DNA of 64,000 bases, from the NCBI GenBank assembly GCA_904063045.1, contig CAJFCJ010000006.1:4852408-4916407 (forward strand), written 5' to 3'. Shown piece by piece: positions 11,183-25,374 of this stretch (the stretch's first letter is position 1; each line of letters opens with the position of its first letter). The notes under the pieces are model-generated. The model saw only the letters and a program-made list of their open reading frames with translations. It was not told where the DNA came from and did no database searches. This DNA is from Dimorphilus gyrociliatus. Taxonomy: Eukaryota > Animalia > Annelida. Position numbers and translations under genes: made by a program.

Positions 11183-13772
11183 TTAAATGTTTATGAACCA
11201 GACCCTTAAAGTTCCATCGTCGCTAGCAGTAACCATTTTACCAGATTTTATTTTTAAATCCTTTAAACCTGCTCTGTGGCCATGAAGCACTCTTGTACAA
11301 GTTAGCGTTGCAAGGCTGTATTCCTTAACGCAACCGTCGGATGACGCTGTGTAAAAGAAGCTTCTTGTTCCTGTCCCTTTTAAATAGTCTATTGCGGTTA
11401 TTTGAGAGGAATGGGCCTTTATCAAAGCTTCTAGCCTACCATTGCATATATTAAAGGCTGCTACCTTTCCTTTAACATCACCGCACAGAGCCAAATAATT
11501 TATGACTTTAAGACTAGTTAAGGAATCAACTAGTTTATGTTCAAAAACTTTTATGACTTGACCAGAATGAATATTGGTCAATTTTAAAGTTTTATCAGTA
11601 CTTGCTGTGACTATGAGTTTTGTCTTGTCAAAGAACAATGCGTTTATATGACTCTGGTGGAGGGGTAATACCTTAATACATTCGAAATCGCTAGCTCTTT
11701 CCCATATTCTTACTGTACCATCGTGCGAACCGGATATTAATAGTTTACCATTTGAAGACATTGTCGAAACAACGCCAGTATGGCCTGTTAAAATTTTGAG
11801 TAATGTTAAATTTATCCCGTGCCATATCATTATTGAAGCATCCCAAGAACCCGTAAATATTTCCTCCCCATCTGTGACGATACAGCGAACTCCTCCTTTA
11901 TGACCGTACAGTTTGTAGAAAGGTTTCATCTGTCGACTATCCCACATACGAATTGATCTATCAGCACTGCCAGTTAGAATCCGTTTTTTGTCGATCTCAA
12001 CGCAATTGACAGAATCCATATGGCCTTGAAGTTTGTAAGCTTTATCAACATTTGGCAATTTTCCGATTACTTCTTCTAATTTTAAGACTTGGGTTACGGA
12101 TCCTGAGTCTATGTTTCGAAACAAAGGATTAGTATTAGAGAGTAAGGGTAAAAGAATGTTAGTATAAACTGTAAAATGTATAAAAGCGTACTTTGAGCAA
12201 GATTTTTAGATTGCATCAAATGTAAGTGTATGTCTAATGCTGAATCGTCTTCCGATTCTTTCTCCTTCTTATGCCAAGTTCTTAAAGGTTTGCATTGAAC
12301 ATCTTTAAGATCTTCTCTCTCCTCCCACGACAAATCTTCATTCTCACCTCCGCTTCTGAATTTAGACGACGCTCTCGACATCCTACTTTGAGGTTTAGAC
12401 AGACCTCCAATACTTACGGTATCTATTAGAAATTAACAATCGTATATTATAGATTAAGTGTCATTGTTTGAAAACTTGAAAAAAAACGCTATTTATTACC
12501 ACTTCTTGCAGTTTTTCTTCTTGATTTTGGCTTTTCAATAATACGAACTTTGGCACCGGAAAGTTGATAAACGTTACCCCATAATTTTGAGAAGCTGTCC
12601 TCTCTAACTTCTTTCCACAATCCTTTATTTTGCTCAGATAACAACTTCCATCTTCGGCAGACAAGTGAACAATTTCTTAAATCATCCGTATCTAAATATT
12701 TAAATATATTAAGTAAAATATCATCCGGCAACCAATCAATATCAATTTTTTCGCGAAATCTTTCCATTAAACATCTCATAAACAGTATCAACTCATTTTT
12801 ACAACAGACTTTCAATAAATCAACTAGAAGTGATAACAATTCAGATTGTGACCAAGTATTCATCCATAATCGTATCTAAGCATGAAAAACACACATGAAA
12901 AACAGATTAGTAACTTGTAGAATGAATGAACGTGGAGAGGGTTGGGAAAAAATTCAATAAATATAATTTATTATAAATAATTCTCTTATAGATTTTTTTA
13001 CAATCTCTTTGTTATGAAAACGAAGTAATAACCTGTTCTACTTGTTCTTTGAAGTGTTTGTGTAATTTCTTTTCATCAGCCTTTATTAAACGTTCTTTTG
13101 AATTGTTTGACCAAAATTTTGAGGGTTTGTACAACGATTGAGCTGCAATAAGCTTCGGTTGAAAATCAAGTGTATTTTCTGTAAGACTTTTAACAAATAG
13201 TTTCTCAGCTTTCCAAGATCCTCTCTTTGATCTTTCCGGTAAGAAATCCTTAGAAGGCGATGGAAATGATTCAAAACTTTTCCTATTTTTATATGTCCAT
13301 TGTAATGTTTTTGATTTTTTAATAAAATCAACCTAACAATTAAAAAAGGAAAAAATGTTGAAAATTTTCATTATGGTGTGAATTGAAAAGTTAACTTTAT
13401 ACTTACTTTATCTATATTTTTACTTTCAGTATCCGATGTTTTTTCTTCTTTACCAAAATATTGTAAAGTGTCTTTTAATATACTTTTTGAAAAATCTTGA
13501 CAAAATTTATTGAATATTGCTGTTTTATCAGTAGTTTCTTTCTTTTCTTTTTTATGATATGTTAACTTTGGTATAGTTTCGATTTGATGTAAAAGAGGTT
13601 CAATAGAGGTAGTTAATGACTGCAATTGTTCAATTTGACATCTGGTTGTCAACTCCGAAAGAACAATTTCTTTTTGCCAATTTGGCCAGATTGAGAACCA
13701 TTCAAGTATTTTCTTTCGAACTTGTTCATGAGTTAATTGTAGAGGCGGAAGGTACTTTAGAATCGTCGTCAT
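11183..13772 (-). CDS. F-box/WD40-repeat protein (FBXW family)
   Basis: F-box (LPDDILLNIFKYLDTDDLRNCSLVCRRWK) at ~12620-12720; seven-blade WD40 region in 11183-12124 (GH...SAD..IR.WD repeats). The exact ortholog is not recognised. Confidence 0.85.
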
Positions 13773-14319
13773 GGTCACTGCAGACAGAATAATAGCCTCG
13801 GAAGAACTACTTTTTTACAGTGTCCATAATATACATTGGTGGACAATTCAAATTTAAGCCTATTCAACTTTGTAAATATGCATTATTTATATCGGTATTC
13901 AAATCTTTGTTGGGTTAAATAAAATTTAACAAATAGAATACTTGAAACCTAAGTGTATTTGTTAAGTGATTAAAATCTTAAAATGTTGATATTTCAAAAT
14001 ACTTAATTAATTTTTTGTTGATTATTTATAATATTTTTCAAATTGAATTATATGGCCAACTGTGTGTAATAGTTTAATATGCAAAAATTTCAAAATATTT
14101 TATTAGACGAGTAAAAGAGATCGCCAATTTTTTCATAATTTGAAATTTTGAGCAAGAAGTCCACTCTTTGAAAGCGATAATATATGTTTTTCCATTTCAC
14201 GACCTCGAAATGTTCAAATCGAAAATGATTCTAAATTTTATGGTCAGTTTCGCTGTCCACGGAAGAGGTCAGTGTTCAAAACTACGAGCCATTTAAAGCA
14301 CGTTCGCTTCGCAACAATC

Positions 14320-15523
14320 ATGAGTGTATTGAAAGCATCAAATGATGATTATCCGACGTTTCAACTCAACACACCCCGATTTGATCAGGTGCAACTCGCT
14401 ATTGCTTGTTAAGATTAAAAGCCAAAAGAAATTGATGCTAATTGATATATATAGTTTTGCTTATAATTGTTTCTTTTACAGTCTACATTCAAAGGAAGAT
14501 TGAGACATTTTTTGGATGTAACCGATCCGAGAACACTTTTTACAAGTCAAGTTAGTATTAAGATATTCTGACTTTGAAACCTAATTAAGATGCTGTTTTT
14601 ATCTCATTTAGGCTGAATTAGAAAGAAGCCAAGAACTATTAAAAAGTTTTGAACGAGGTACTCTTGATAGTACAATTACCAATAAACAACTATGGGAAGC
14701 TCAGAAGATAAAGCAAGCAATAATCCACCCAGATACTGGGGAGAAGATACCAATGCCATTTCGAATGTCAGGCTTTGTACCATTTGGCGCGCCAATTGTA
14801 ACTGGCCTATTACTTCCGAATCAAGGAATTGCCCAGATTGTATTTTGGCAATGGTTAAATCAGAGTCACAATGCGGCAGTTAATTACTGCAATCGCAATG
14901 CATCTAAAAAGACGCCAACATCGAGATTCTTATTAGGTTATGCAGGGGCTGTCACTAGTGCAGTTACGATAGCGTTATCTTTAAGCGTGCTTGTCAAACG
15001 AGCTAATGGTTTGAGCCCTGCTGTAAAACTTATAGTTCAGAAATTTGTTCCCTTTCCTGCCGTCGCTACGGCTAGTGTTAGTAATGTTGTTCTAATGAGA
15101 AATTCTGAACTAAGCGAGGGAATTAACGTTGTGGATAAGAACGGAAGAGTGATTGGTGTATCAAAAGTAGCGGCTAAGAAGGCTCTGACAGAGACAGCTT
15201 TGACCCGAGCTTTCCTACCCGCTCCCATACTTGTCATTCCACCTATTATCATGACGGCTCTGGAGAAGACAAAGTGGCTTAAACGAAATCCCAGAATGCA
15301 TCTCCCGTGCAATGCCCTGGCTGCAACACTTTCATTTGCTTTTGCCTTGCCAATTGCAATCGCCCTTTTTCCGCAAATGTCTTCGGTAAGTCCTTACAGT
15401 GTTTAACTCAGGTCACTAGCAACTTACATTTACCTCCTTTGCCAGATAAAACGGGAAGATTTGGAGGCCGATTTGCAGGAAGAATGCAAAGATGTGTGCC
15501 TGTATTATAACAAAGGATTGTGA
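14320..15523 (+). CDS. SFXN5: Sideroflexin-5 mitochondrial carrier
   Basis: [24 protein letters not shown]...[20 protein letters not shown] is SFXN5-type. PRFDQSTF.GRLRHF spans exons 1-2; C-terminus ...YYNKGL* at 15523. Confidence 0.9.
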
Positions 15524-15904
15524 AAGAACCCGAAAAACAATCTTTTAATAACCTTTCGAATGCGTTTTGCTGTCATAAGCGATTACAATATTATCTAAAC
15601 GATTACAACTAAGAGGTACGCTAAGGCAGTGTTAGATGATAAAACAAATAACGTTGTAATAAAGTTTACAGAACTTAAAACACCAAGATGACATACTTGG
15701 TGTATATACATATAAATATTTACGATCAATAGAACTGCATAATAAAGGTTACAACTTAAAAATAACTACAGGATGGACGCACTAATCGTTTTATACAATA
15801 ATTATTTACAATCCTGTACAGAACACTCACGCACTAAAGTAAACAGACGATGCTAAATAGAATAACAATAATAATAATAGTAGTTGTTGTTAACAAAGTC
15901 ATCT

Positions 15905-18722
15905 TCAAGTCATCAATGCTAAAATATTTGAATCGATGATAATTTCTTGCTGCTGGTTTACTATACCTTCAACGACAATTTGTTGCCCACTATTTCCAGT
16001 CAGCATTACTTGTTGCTTTGTTCCAGGCTTTGCTGAAGACTTTATAACAAGAGGTTGGCTTCCAGATTGTCGTTGTTGTTGTTGCTGCTGTTGTTGCTGT
16101 TGCTTAACTTGTCTCATCATGGCCTGGGTTTGAGGTGTTTTTAAAAGACTTTGCATTGGTGGACTAGAAGTGGCTGGCGCAGGAGCCGGTTCCGGTTCAC
16201 CCTTCTGTGTCATCACATCTGATGGTCTCATGATTTGGTCACTCATATCTAAAAGGGCTGGTACAACCGATGATTCAACTAAAATTCGGACATATTCCGA
16301 GCTATTTGGATCGAATCCTTGTTCTTCAGCCTGTCCATCTCCCATTATAGATGGCAAGAGGTTTTGAGGAACAAATAAATATTCCTGTCCAGGAGGGGCA
16401 GGAGGAACTTCACCTTCTCCCGTTGAACCTGTTTCAGCTTGCTCAACGGCTGCGTTTTCGCGTGCATCATCTTTCGTATTTTCAAAGAGATTATCGGGTA
16501 GTTGGTGCTCAGCATTGGGAGCAGTATCGGCTGGAGCTTCTTGTTGCTCTTGTGTTTCCATTTCTTCTTGATCGACAACTTCTTCACCTTCCATGGGGGC
16601 TGGTACATCGGCACGAGGTGTGCCGGCTCCCTCCATTTTCGGTGTGGAATTTGCTCCTGGATATCCAGTCATATTTGATGGTGTGTTAATTACGTAGCTG
16701 ATAGACTCAGTTTGAGACTTTTTATAGCTTATGTTGTACTTCTTGTTTGGTTTCAAGCTAACAATTTGGCCGTTAGGTAATTTCAAAGAAACATTTTCTC
16801 CTTCCTTAACTTGTTGAATGATGGTCTGTCCACTTTCTTCTTCTGTTAATTCTCTAACTTTAGTTCCATCCTCTAAATAAGTATATTTAGCTTCTGTTCT
16901 AGGTGAGAATCCCCCACTCTTTGGTGGTCGTCCACGTGGACGACCTCTAGGAATATAGCCTCTATTTGCTGTTGCACGACCTCTTGGTGTGTCAGGTTCA
17001 GTCCAGTCTGGGTCGTCGGGATCCCTACCGCGACCTCTTCCAATTCCTCGACCGCGACCTCTTACTCCAGCAGACACTGCACCTCGACCCCTTATGCTAT
17101 TGGTATTAGCAGAACCAGGAGTTGTTGGTTTGGTAACAACCGCACCAGCTTGAGCTTTTTCTTTTTCGTCTTCAGAATAAGGTACAACGAGTACTCTTTG
17201 TCCACCGCCAGGTTGTGGAATAACTCGAACAACTTTGAAGGTACCCTGGGGCGTATGCAGTATTTTGCCTTCCTTCATATCTGTCGATGTAACTCCCGTA
17301 GCCTGAATCTTATTTTGAGTGGCAGCATTAGCTGCTTTTGAAGCTTTATCTTCGTCTTCTTCTTCTTCCTCAGCCTCCTCTTCATTTTCGGCCTCATGAA
17401 CCTCCTCTTTATCAGGAGTATATTCATCTTCTGATTCTTCAGCGGCCTGAAGGTGTTCAACGTTAGATTGGAAATTTAAACTTAATTTGCACATTACTTC
17501 ATCTTCTTCTTCATCATCAAAGTAGACAAAATCACCACGTCCATAATCGCCCATCTGTTTACGTTTAGAAACAGTAACAGGAGGTTTTACACCTGATCCA
17601 TCCCGACCTAAATTTGCATAATGGCTTTTTGGCGGCCTTCCCCTCTTAGCTACAAGCAATGAAGAGATCAGTATTTTCATAATAGTATGGCTCTATTAAT
17701 ACAAACCACCGGTTTTGGAGCGTACTGGATTTTTACTAGCGCCATAGTACACATATCCGTCCGCTCGCCTCTTTCCGTCTTTGTCAAGACGAGACCCAAG
17801 ACGAACCTATTTTAAGACAAAGTATAATACATTAATCTCAAATTACAAATATTTTATGCAGAAGTTTGACTTACCGCGACATCTTTTGTGGCATAATGAT
17901 CCTCCAAGTGAGTGATAAGACCTTCTCTGCTACGTGTTTCGGCACAAAATGGGCATTTATAGGAACGCAAATTTTTCTAAAAAAAAATTTAAAATACATT
18001 AGCATTTAAAAAAAAAGCATATAAAATCAATAACTGTTTTTTTAACGCTTACTTTATTTTTTCGTTTGTTACTCTTTTTTGTCAACTTTCCTTTTTCCCT
18101 ATAACATCAAATATAGATAGTTAGAATTGAGATAAATCACAAGAAATATACAACTTACTTGAGAATGTGATAACGACTGTGAGCTGTTAACTGCGAGTCT
18201 CTTTGAAATTTTTTGGAGCACTTCGGGCACTGGAGAGGCTTCTGGTTGGAAATATAATTTTTACGTTTATCAATTAAGGAACTAAATGTTTAACAAACCT
18301 CTTTGTGCTCATTAATGGATGGAAATTTGCTAGTTAGTTGCTTATGCATCGACTGAACATATTTCAAGGATTCGTCCTCAACTGGTTTAGCTTCGGCTGG
18401 AGCTTCTTCCGGAGCAGCTTCAGGTAAATCAGAACCTGAGCATCGCTTGTTATAAATGCCGTTTTACAAAAAAAGAGGAAAATCGCATACCTTCAAGAAA
18501 CTTATCCAATTCGGCTGTTTCCATAGGAATATCCTGAGCTGTTCCTGCTGTTTCTGCGATCTGTCCTAGCATACTCATTACTTCAGCTGTTTGTTCCTCC
18601 TGAGAGGCCATGGTTTCTCCACCGCTAACAGGTATTAAGCCAATATTTCCGTTTTCCAAGACTACTCTTTTATATGAACCGTCAACCAATGTATGTCCGT
18701 TGACTATATTTGAAAATTCCAT
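15905..18722 (-). CDS. AT-hook / C2H2 zinc-finger, largely disordered nuclear protein with polyQ
   Basis: AT-hooks KRGRPPK and GRPRGRPPK, RGRG repeats, one CPFC...H.EDH finger (exon ~17874-17975), acidic tracts, polyQ at ~16069-16105. Consistent splice sites. Start codon uncertain. Confidence 0.7.
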
Positions 18723-19343
18723 ACTATTTCGAGCTGAAATTTTTTATGAACAATTATATAAAAATTTTAAGCGGGAATTTCTGCCACCTAGTGACAATGG
18801 TAATCATTAAATAGTATTTCTCTTTAAATGTACACTTCTGTAAACTATAATTATTGGTAAAACGTTTCATAGGTTATAAACAATTGGGCGAGCACCAAGA
18901 TTAAATGAAAATTAATTTTTGGGATATTTTTTTTGAGGACGCCGGTTCTAAAAATGACGCGGGCCAAGATACCTTACAAAAAGAAACCTGCCAGGGGGGT
19001 TGAAATTTCAAGTCTGCCATAATTAATTTAGAAAAATTTAAAATCAATTTAACCTATGATTTAATCAAGAAAAACTTTAACTAACCATGAAAATGCCGAA
19101 AAACGATAGCATTTAGCAATGCCGGCCATCTTAAAATGTAGTCCGTGAAAAAGAACGCGACTGTATTAATACGCCAAGTAAATTAGAGCCAACGCAAATG
19201 TTAAATTTCCGCTAACAACATCAATTTTTTAAATATATAATTTATTTTTCCATTGAAAACAAACCTTTATCTATAAAATGCCGAATAATTAAAAAATTCC
19301 AAGTTTCAAACCTTTCGGAGAGATTTAGCAATAATCGACTAGT

Positions 19344-19363
19344 ATGCAAATCAGATGACGTCA
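19344..19363. promoter_or_regulatory. Octamer (ATGCAAAT) and CRE (TGACGTCA) in the bidirectional promoter between the AT-hook gene and RhoBTB
   Basis: Perfect consensus matches at 19344-19351 and 19356-19363; function inferred. Confidence 0.4.
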
Positions 19364-19716
19364 CTACGCTTTTTGGCGCTCTCTGAAGGCGAAATGGGAT
19401 CAGCTGTCGTCCACTGAATCTTGCACATTCTTTCTATCAACATTGAACCGTTCAACATTATATACTAAGGTTAGTATAAATCACTTTCTCTTTTAACATT
19501 TTAGATCGGCTCAGAGGGTGGTCAGGGTTATATTAAGGTTCTTTCAGTAAAATGTTAATTTTATAGTAATTTCTTTGTTTACTGTTTGGAACAAAGTTAC
19601 ACTCAATGAACACCACTTCGAAAATATAAATTGTTAGGAAGGAGTTAAAAAGTTTAACAACTATTTAAGTTAAATTTATATTTTCTTAATAAATATTAAG
19701 AAATTGAGCAATAGAG

Positions 19717-22201
19717 ATGGCGACAGTATCTCGTTCTTTTGCTTTATTTTTTTTGTTCTATTCGTTCGATGATAAAAACATTTTCATATGTTAAATCATT
19801 CTCAGGTTCATATAAAGGTGGTCACTATAAGCCCAAAAGTAAAAATGATTCGCAAAGTATGCTATGTTCAGCGTTAGTTATGAAAATATGGATAAAGCCA
19901 TCTTTCAACAAAGTGACACACAACTACGCCATATAGTTGTAAGTTGTTATCTCTAATATTCTTTTATATGATTTTCTTTTCTTTTGCTAATATAATGAAA
20001 AAATATATCGCATTGTAAACAAAGGCCGAATCCGAAACAGTGAAATGCGTCGTTGTTGGTGATAGCGGCGTTGGAAAAACGCGACTGGTATGTTCTCAGG
20101 CTCGAGGAACTAAATATTCACTTGAACAGTTAATTCAAACACATATACCCACCGTTTGGGCTTTGGATCATTATCAGAATAACATTCATGTAATATTATT
20201 AGACAACAATACATTAATTATAATAACTAGTTAATAATTTGCATTTTACAAACAGGTATTAAGAAGATCTATCCGCAAAGTAGACGGAATAACAGTATCT
20301 CTAAGATTATGGGACACATTTGGATATCATGATAAGGATAAACACTTCGCTTATGGAAGAGCCGATGTAATTCTAGTGTGCTTTTCGGTTGTTCGACGAC
20401 GTTCCTACAATAATATATTAAGTCATTGGTATCCAGAAATTCAAAGAACATGTCCTGGTGTACCAATAATATTATGCGGATGTAAAATTGACCTTCGTCA
20501 CTTATATTTGGAGGATTATTTCATGCAAATGGACAAAGGTCCTTTTTTTAAGTGCGTAATTTTTTTTAATTTTAACATAAAAAACCAATAAACATTAGTA
20601 TACTTGTAATTAATTCTTTCTTTATTATAATCTACGTACAGAGCAATTACAGACGATGATATTCTCTATGCAAAAGACGGTAGAAAACTGTGTGAAGATA
20701 TAAAAGCTGAAGGTTACTACGAAACAAGCGTTTTAAGACAATTTGGAATAGCAGAAGTATTCGACAATGTAATAAGAGCGGCACTAATCTATAAACGAAA
20801 CAAGAGATTTTGGAATGTTTTGAATGTATTTAGAACACTTAATAAGCCGTTTATTCAAAAACCTTATTGTCCGCCTCAACCAAAACTGCCTAAATTTAGC
20901 AGAAAATCAAACGATCCATCCATAGATTTAGAGTCACTGTTAAAAGTCACAACAGATTCTACAGATGTTGTTATTCGATGCCAATCAGTTGATATTTCGC
21001 TGCATAAGTTGATCTTAATCGGCAGTTCAGAATTTTTTGAAAATTTATTTTTACTTGATTTGAATGCTTCTAACAACTTGGATAATCCTCTATTTCCTTT
21101 CGTTGAAGTACAAAAGAAACATGAATCCGATTCATTGCAAGATGCCAAATATATCTTACATGCACATCCCGCTTTCACAGCTGCTACGTTGACTTGTTCG
21201 GTGGAATTTTTATATACTGGACGCATGCAGAACACGAATTCGAATCATCTACAAATTGCGGAAGTAGGTCAGCTGATTAAATGCCAGGAAATGGTTTTCT
21301 ATGTTAGACATATTTTGGATAATGAGAGTTATCTAAATGATGAATTGACAAAACTGTTTCTTGAAAAACAGAGGAAAAGGATACAATTACTTTATATCAA
21401 TCATCAATTACTCTCAGGTGCTGTATTTGTTTTTCTAACATTATTTTAATGTCATATGTTACGGAAAATAAATAAATTATAGATATCCTCTTTCAATTGG
21501 ATGATGGTGTTGTCGCAGCGCATAAACTCTTGCTAACGATTCGTTGTGAAGTTATGGCTGGTATGTTCTCTTGTAATTTCATTGAAAGGTCGGCTAAAAC
21601 GGTAAATTATTAATTTTATTTACGACTAAATGCCAGAATTTGCACATTTTGACCAAAATTTTTCTTATCTTTGTATTAGATTCCCCTTCCTGGAGTTAGT
21701 AGAAGCACATTTGTTGCTCTGCAGGAGTACTTATATACTGGATCCAATCCCTGTATGAAAGATGTTGAGCTTTTGGAATTCTTGGAAGTCGCAAACAGAT
21801 TTTGTCTGCCTGTTCTCTTGTCGATGATCGAATGTCAAATCGTCGAAGAGATGGAGATCATTCTCAATAGATATGTGAAAAAAGATGTCAACGAAAAAGT
21901 ATTAAATCTTTTCGAATTTGCTCAGATGCATAATGCAGATCAATTGGTCTCCTGGTGTTCTCGCTATATTCAGGTCAATTATTCTGATATTTTGGCCAAA
22001 AATGGTAAAAGATTGTTTGCATTACAACCAGAAATAATAGCCGAGTTAGAAAAACGACAATGGCCTCCAGCATGGTATCAAGAAGAAATACAATTTTATG
22101 AAAGACGAAAGAAGGATGGTATCATGATTTCTGAACCACCAACCAGCTGGGAAGAGGATAAAAATCCTGGTTGTTTGGGTTTTTGCACAAAAAGAAGATA
22201 A
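19717..22201 (+). CDS. RHOBTB: Rho-related BTB domain protein (RhoBTB1/2 type)
   Basis: KCVVVGDSGVGKTRL, HIPTVWA, SLRLWDTFG, FAYGRADV, tandem BTB domains and WPPAWY. Putative micro-exon MAT (19717-19725) splices to 20025. Confidence 0.9.
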
Positions 22202-22465
22202 TTTTAAAAATAATTGTATTCATGTGACTGACTGATTTCTCTTACGAGGAAAAAATGGACCGATTTATCTTAAATAGTATTTCAAACAGCATATGTTAAA
22301 TCGTATACAGTATATATCCTAATCAATGGAATATATACATATCTGCTTAAATGATTAATTGTATTAATTTTACTAGATTGTAAACGCTAGTTTGATAATT
22401 TTTTATCATTGTATTCTATTAAGTCATATTTTGGTGCTTAAAAATCATTGCTTTATTATTGATAA

Positions 22466-24738
22466 TTAAAGTGACTTTGCTGTCTCTGAAAATGGGCCAT
22501 TTCTATTCCAATAATCAACGGCTCTAACTTTATATTTGCCGGTATTTTTGCCAGAGGCATCTTCGTAGAAATTGAAGATGGTGTCTTCGACGTTTATCCG
22601 TGAAAACTTTCCGCTTGGAGTCTTTTTCATTACCTCATAAGTTTTAATGCACCTATTAGTTGTAATAGCATCTAGAATGTAATTAACAAAGAATATTTAA
22701 TGAAATACCAGCCTTGTCTTAATTAATTTATCACTCCAAGTTATAAGTATATTAGTAGATGTAATTTTTTCAAATCGAATATTCACTACTGGGCCTGGAG
22801 CCGAAGACGTTCTCTTACAGACGTGATATAAAGAGATGCTTGGCAAGGCAAGATCAAAGGCGATTGACGTTAGATATTTAACGGATACTTTTCTGGGTGA
22901 TGCTTGTCTGTATAAGCGAGAGGCATCTTTCATAAGTAACAGCTGTTTGTGGTTTGGTGTTTTAGGAGATCCAAGTTTTCTCCATATTTTATAGGGATTT
23001 GTATTCCAGTTGTCAATTGTATATTGGACTTTCATCAAGTCTACATCGCCTGAGCCGAAGAGTTTTGATAATTCACTTATTTGAACTTTGACCTTTGTAT
23101 GACCACTAGTAGAATTAGCACTATCGTTTGAATTGTACAATAAAATACTTAATTCATTGCTGTCAAGGGACGAGGCAATAATTCCAATTGTTGATTCGAG
23201 GGATTCAACTTTGGAATATAATTCTTTATTTCCCAAGTAGGCTAGAAGAGCGAATGAATTAAACACCGGTTTTGGTATGAATTGAACGTGATGGGGATTC
23301 GTATTATTTATCTGAAATCTTGCCAAGATGGTTCTCTGAGTAAAGAAGAAAGGATTGTAACTGAGAAAAGCATTATCATTACTCAGTAATTTCATAGGAA
23401 ATTTTCTCCTATTTCCGAATTTATTTATATAATTGTAGATAATTTTAATGACTAAAGCAGCGTATCTTGCGTCCCCTCTCCACTCCCTATCCTTATTCCA
23501 TCCAACTAGAGGATCAGCTTCGCTTAAAAAATATTTCTCTATTAGTGATTATCTAGCTAAAAGAGAGTTATTAACATTAATATAACATACTCATTGCCGA
23601 CAGCTACAGAAGCCAATGATGGATAAGTCTTAGATAAAAAATTAAAAGTGTTTTTCGTTTTACTTATTAAGACTTTGGTGTTATTCGGGTCGTTACCCTT
23701 ATTATGGAAAGTAATCAAATCGCAAATCTGGGGCTGATTGCCGTCAAAAAAATCGGTACCGTTTACATAGTGTGTTAATATAGCGTTGGCGAAAGGTCTC
23801 CTTGGTAATGGCTTGATATCACCTCCAATAACAGCTAACTTTAAGTCAGAGTGGGCAAGATTTAAACCCTTTCTACAAGCGTCTATGTAATTAAGGAATC
23901 CTGTTTAAATAAGAAGATTGAAGAGAGGAGTCATTGAGTAAAATACAAAATACGCCTTCCTAACCCTAATCTTTTAAGGGGCGAAACGCTGCATAGTTAT
24001 ACTAACCTTTCGTTGTAAAATTCAAATGATCAAAATCGTGATTGTCCGGTTCATTCCAAGTTTCGAATATCCATTCTTTAACATAAGTAATACCAAATTT
24101 ATCTATTATATAGAAAATAGAAGAATAGAAATAAGAGAGATATCTAGAGAGTTGTTTAAATGATAATTTACGTATGTATCTTGACGCTATTTGTCGGATT
24201 AAATCAGCCCAGAAATAGACTTGTGTTTTATTCTCAAAGTTTGTATAGAATCCACTTGGATTACCCATAAGTTCAAACCCTGGTTGCAATCCCGAATCCT
24301 TTAATATTATCATTAGACTATCTAATTTGGTAAAATTATATATAGGCTTGTGATTTTTCCATCCCGCTATGCGAACAGTCTCCAATAGCCAGTGTATGCG
24401 TATCTGCTTTATGGCGGAGAAGGGCAAGGAGGCAATATATTTAATGTTGAGTCGATTGTCTTGAGAGAGAAGCCACTCATCAGCTCTATTATGAGGATCT
24501 GGTGGGCTGTGAACCAATGGAAAAAATGGCGCCTAATTAGAATGATACGCTCTTTTTCAGAAAAAAAATTTTCCTACCATTGTCCAGTGCTCTCCCAAAA
24601 ATGGGGCAAATCATTAACAATTCTTGATACATTAACAGTCACCTTCTCAACTCGCTGGTTAAAACGAACAATATTATTTTGGCAACAATGTGAAAGGGCA
24701 ACGAAAATTAATAAGATGAAGGAGGCGGCAAGCGCCAT
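22466..24738 (-). CDS. IDUA: Alpha-L-iduronidase (GH39)
   Basis: Signal peptide, FWESTGQC, IRIHWLL, PGFELMGNPSG, FETWNEPD (acid/base), NDEADPLVGW, and FnIII-like C-terminus YKVRAVDYW. Confidence 0.93.
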
Positions 24739-25374
24739 ATCGTATCTTCAGATAGCAGCAGCAGACATAGAAACTAGATATACATTGCAAAGTCTAAAAG
24801 AAGCTAGTCAATTTTTTGTACCATGAAAATTTGATTATTTATATTTGTATTTTTAGTATAAAAAAATCACTACTAATGTGGTATAAGCGTCGCAAAAGAC
24901 GTCAAATAATATAAAATACGTCATCATTAAGCCTATAGAAATAGGACAAGAGGGAAATTATTAATATATATATAAATGTATATATATATATATTTCTGGC
25001 AATAGTAGCGGCATGCTAAAAGGTGTAAAACCATGTACTGTCTTCCTCTCTTAACATCCTTTCCACACCATTCCCCTAGCGTGTCTTTTTTGTATATATA
25101 CAAAGGAGACGCCCCTCAGTTTTGCAATCGATAAACTTTTGCCACTTACGTCGAAAAATTTATTATAGAAAAGCTAAATTGTTTGTTTAGCAATTATTAT
25201 AGAATATAAATGAATAATATAAAGGTATTATCAGCGTTTAATGAGATTGAAATAACAGGTTGACGTACGTTTTGTTTTATTTTTGTTTGTTTATTACGAT
25301 AAATTCTAAACACAAAATTGTAAAGCTATATTGTTTATATACACGTTATTCGTTCATATCTTATAAAAACTTCC

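Noticed and set aside
15936-16689. Plus-strand ORFs including a poly-Cys run
   Set aside because: Antisense shadows of the polyQ and disordered region of the AT-hook gene.
19726-19733. GTATCT donor of the RhoBTB first intron as a possible U12-type intron
   Set aside because: Does not match GTATCCTT and no TCCTTAAC branch site precedes the acceptor.
25079-25112. Imperfect hairpin in the IDUA-prominin spacer (similar one at ~45833-45860)
   Set aside because: Short, largely AT and G-U paired, single copy, with no Helitron or MITE termini or pre-miRNA length; expected by chance.
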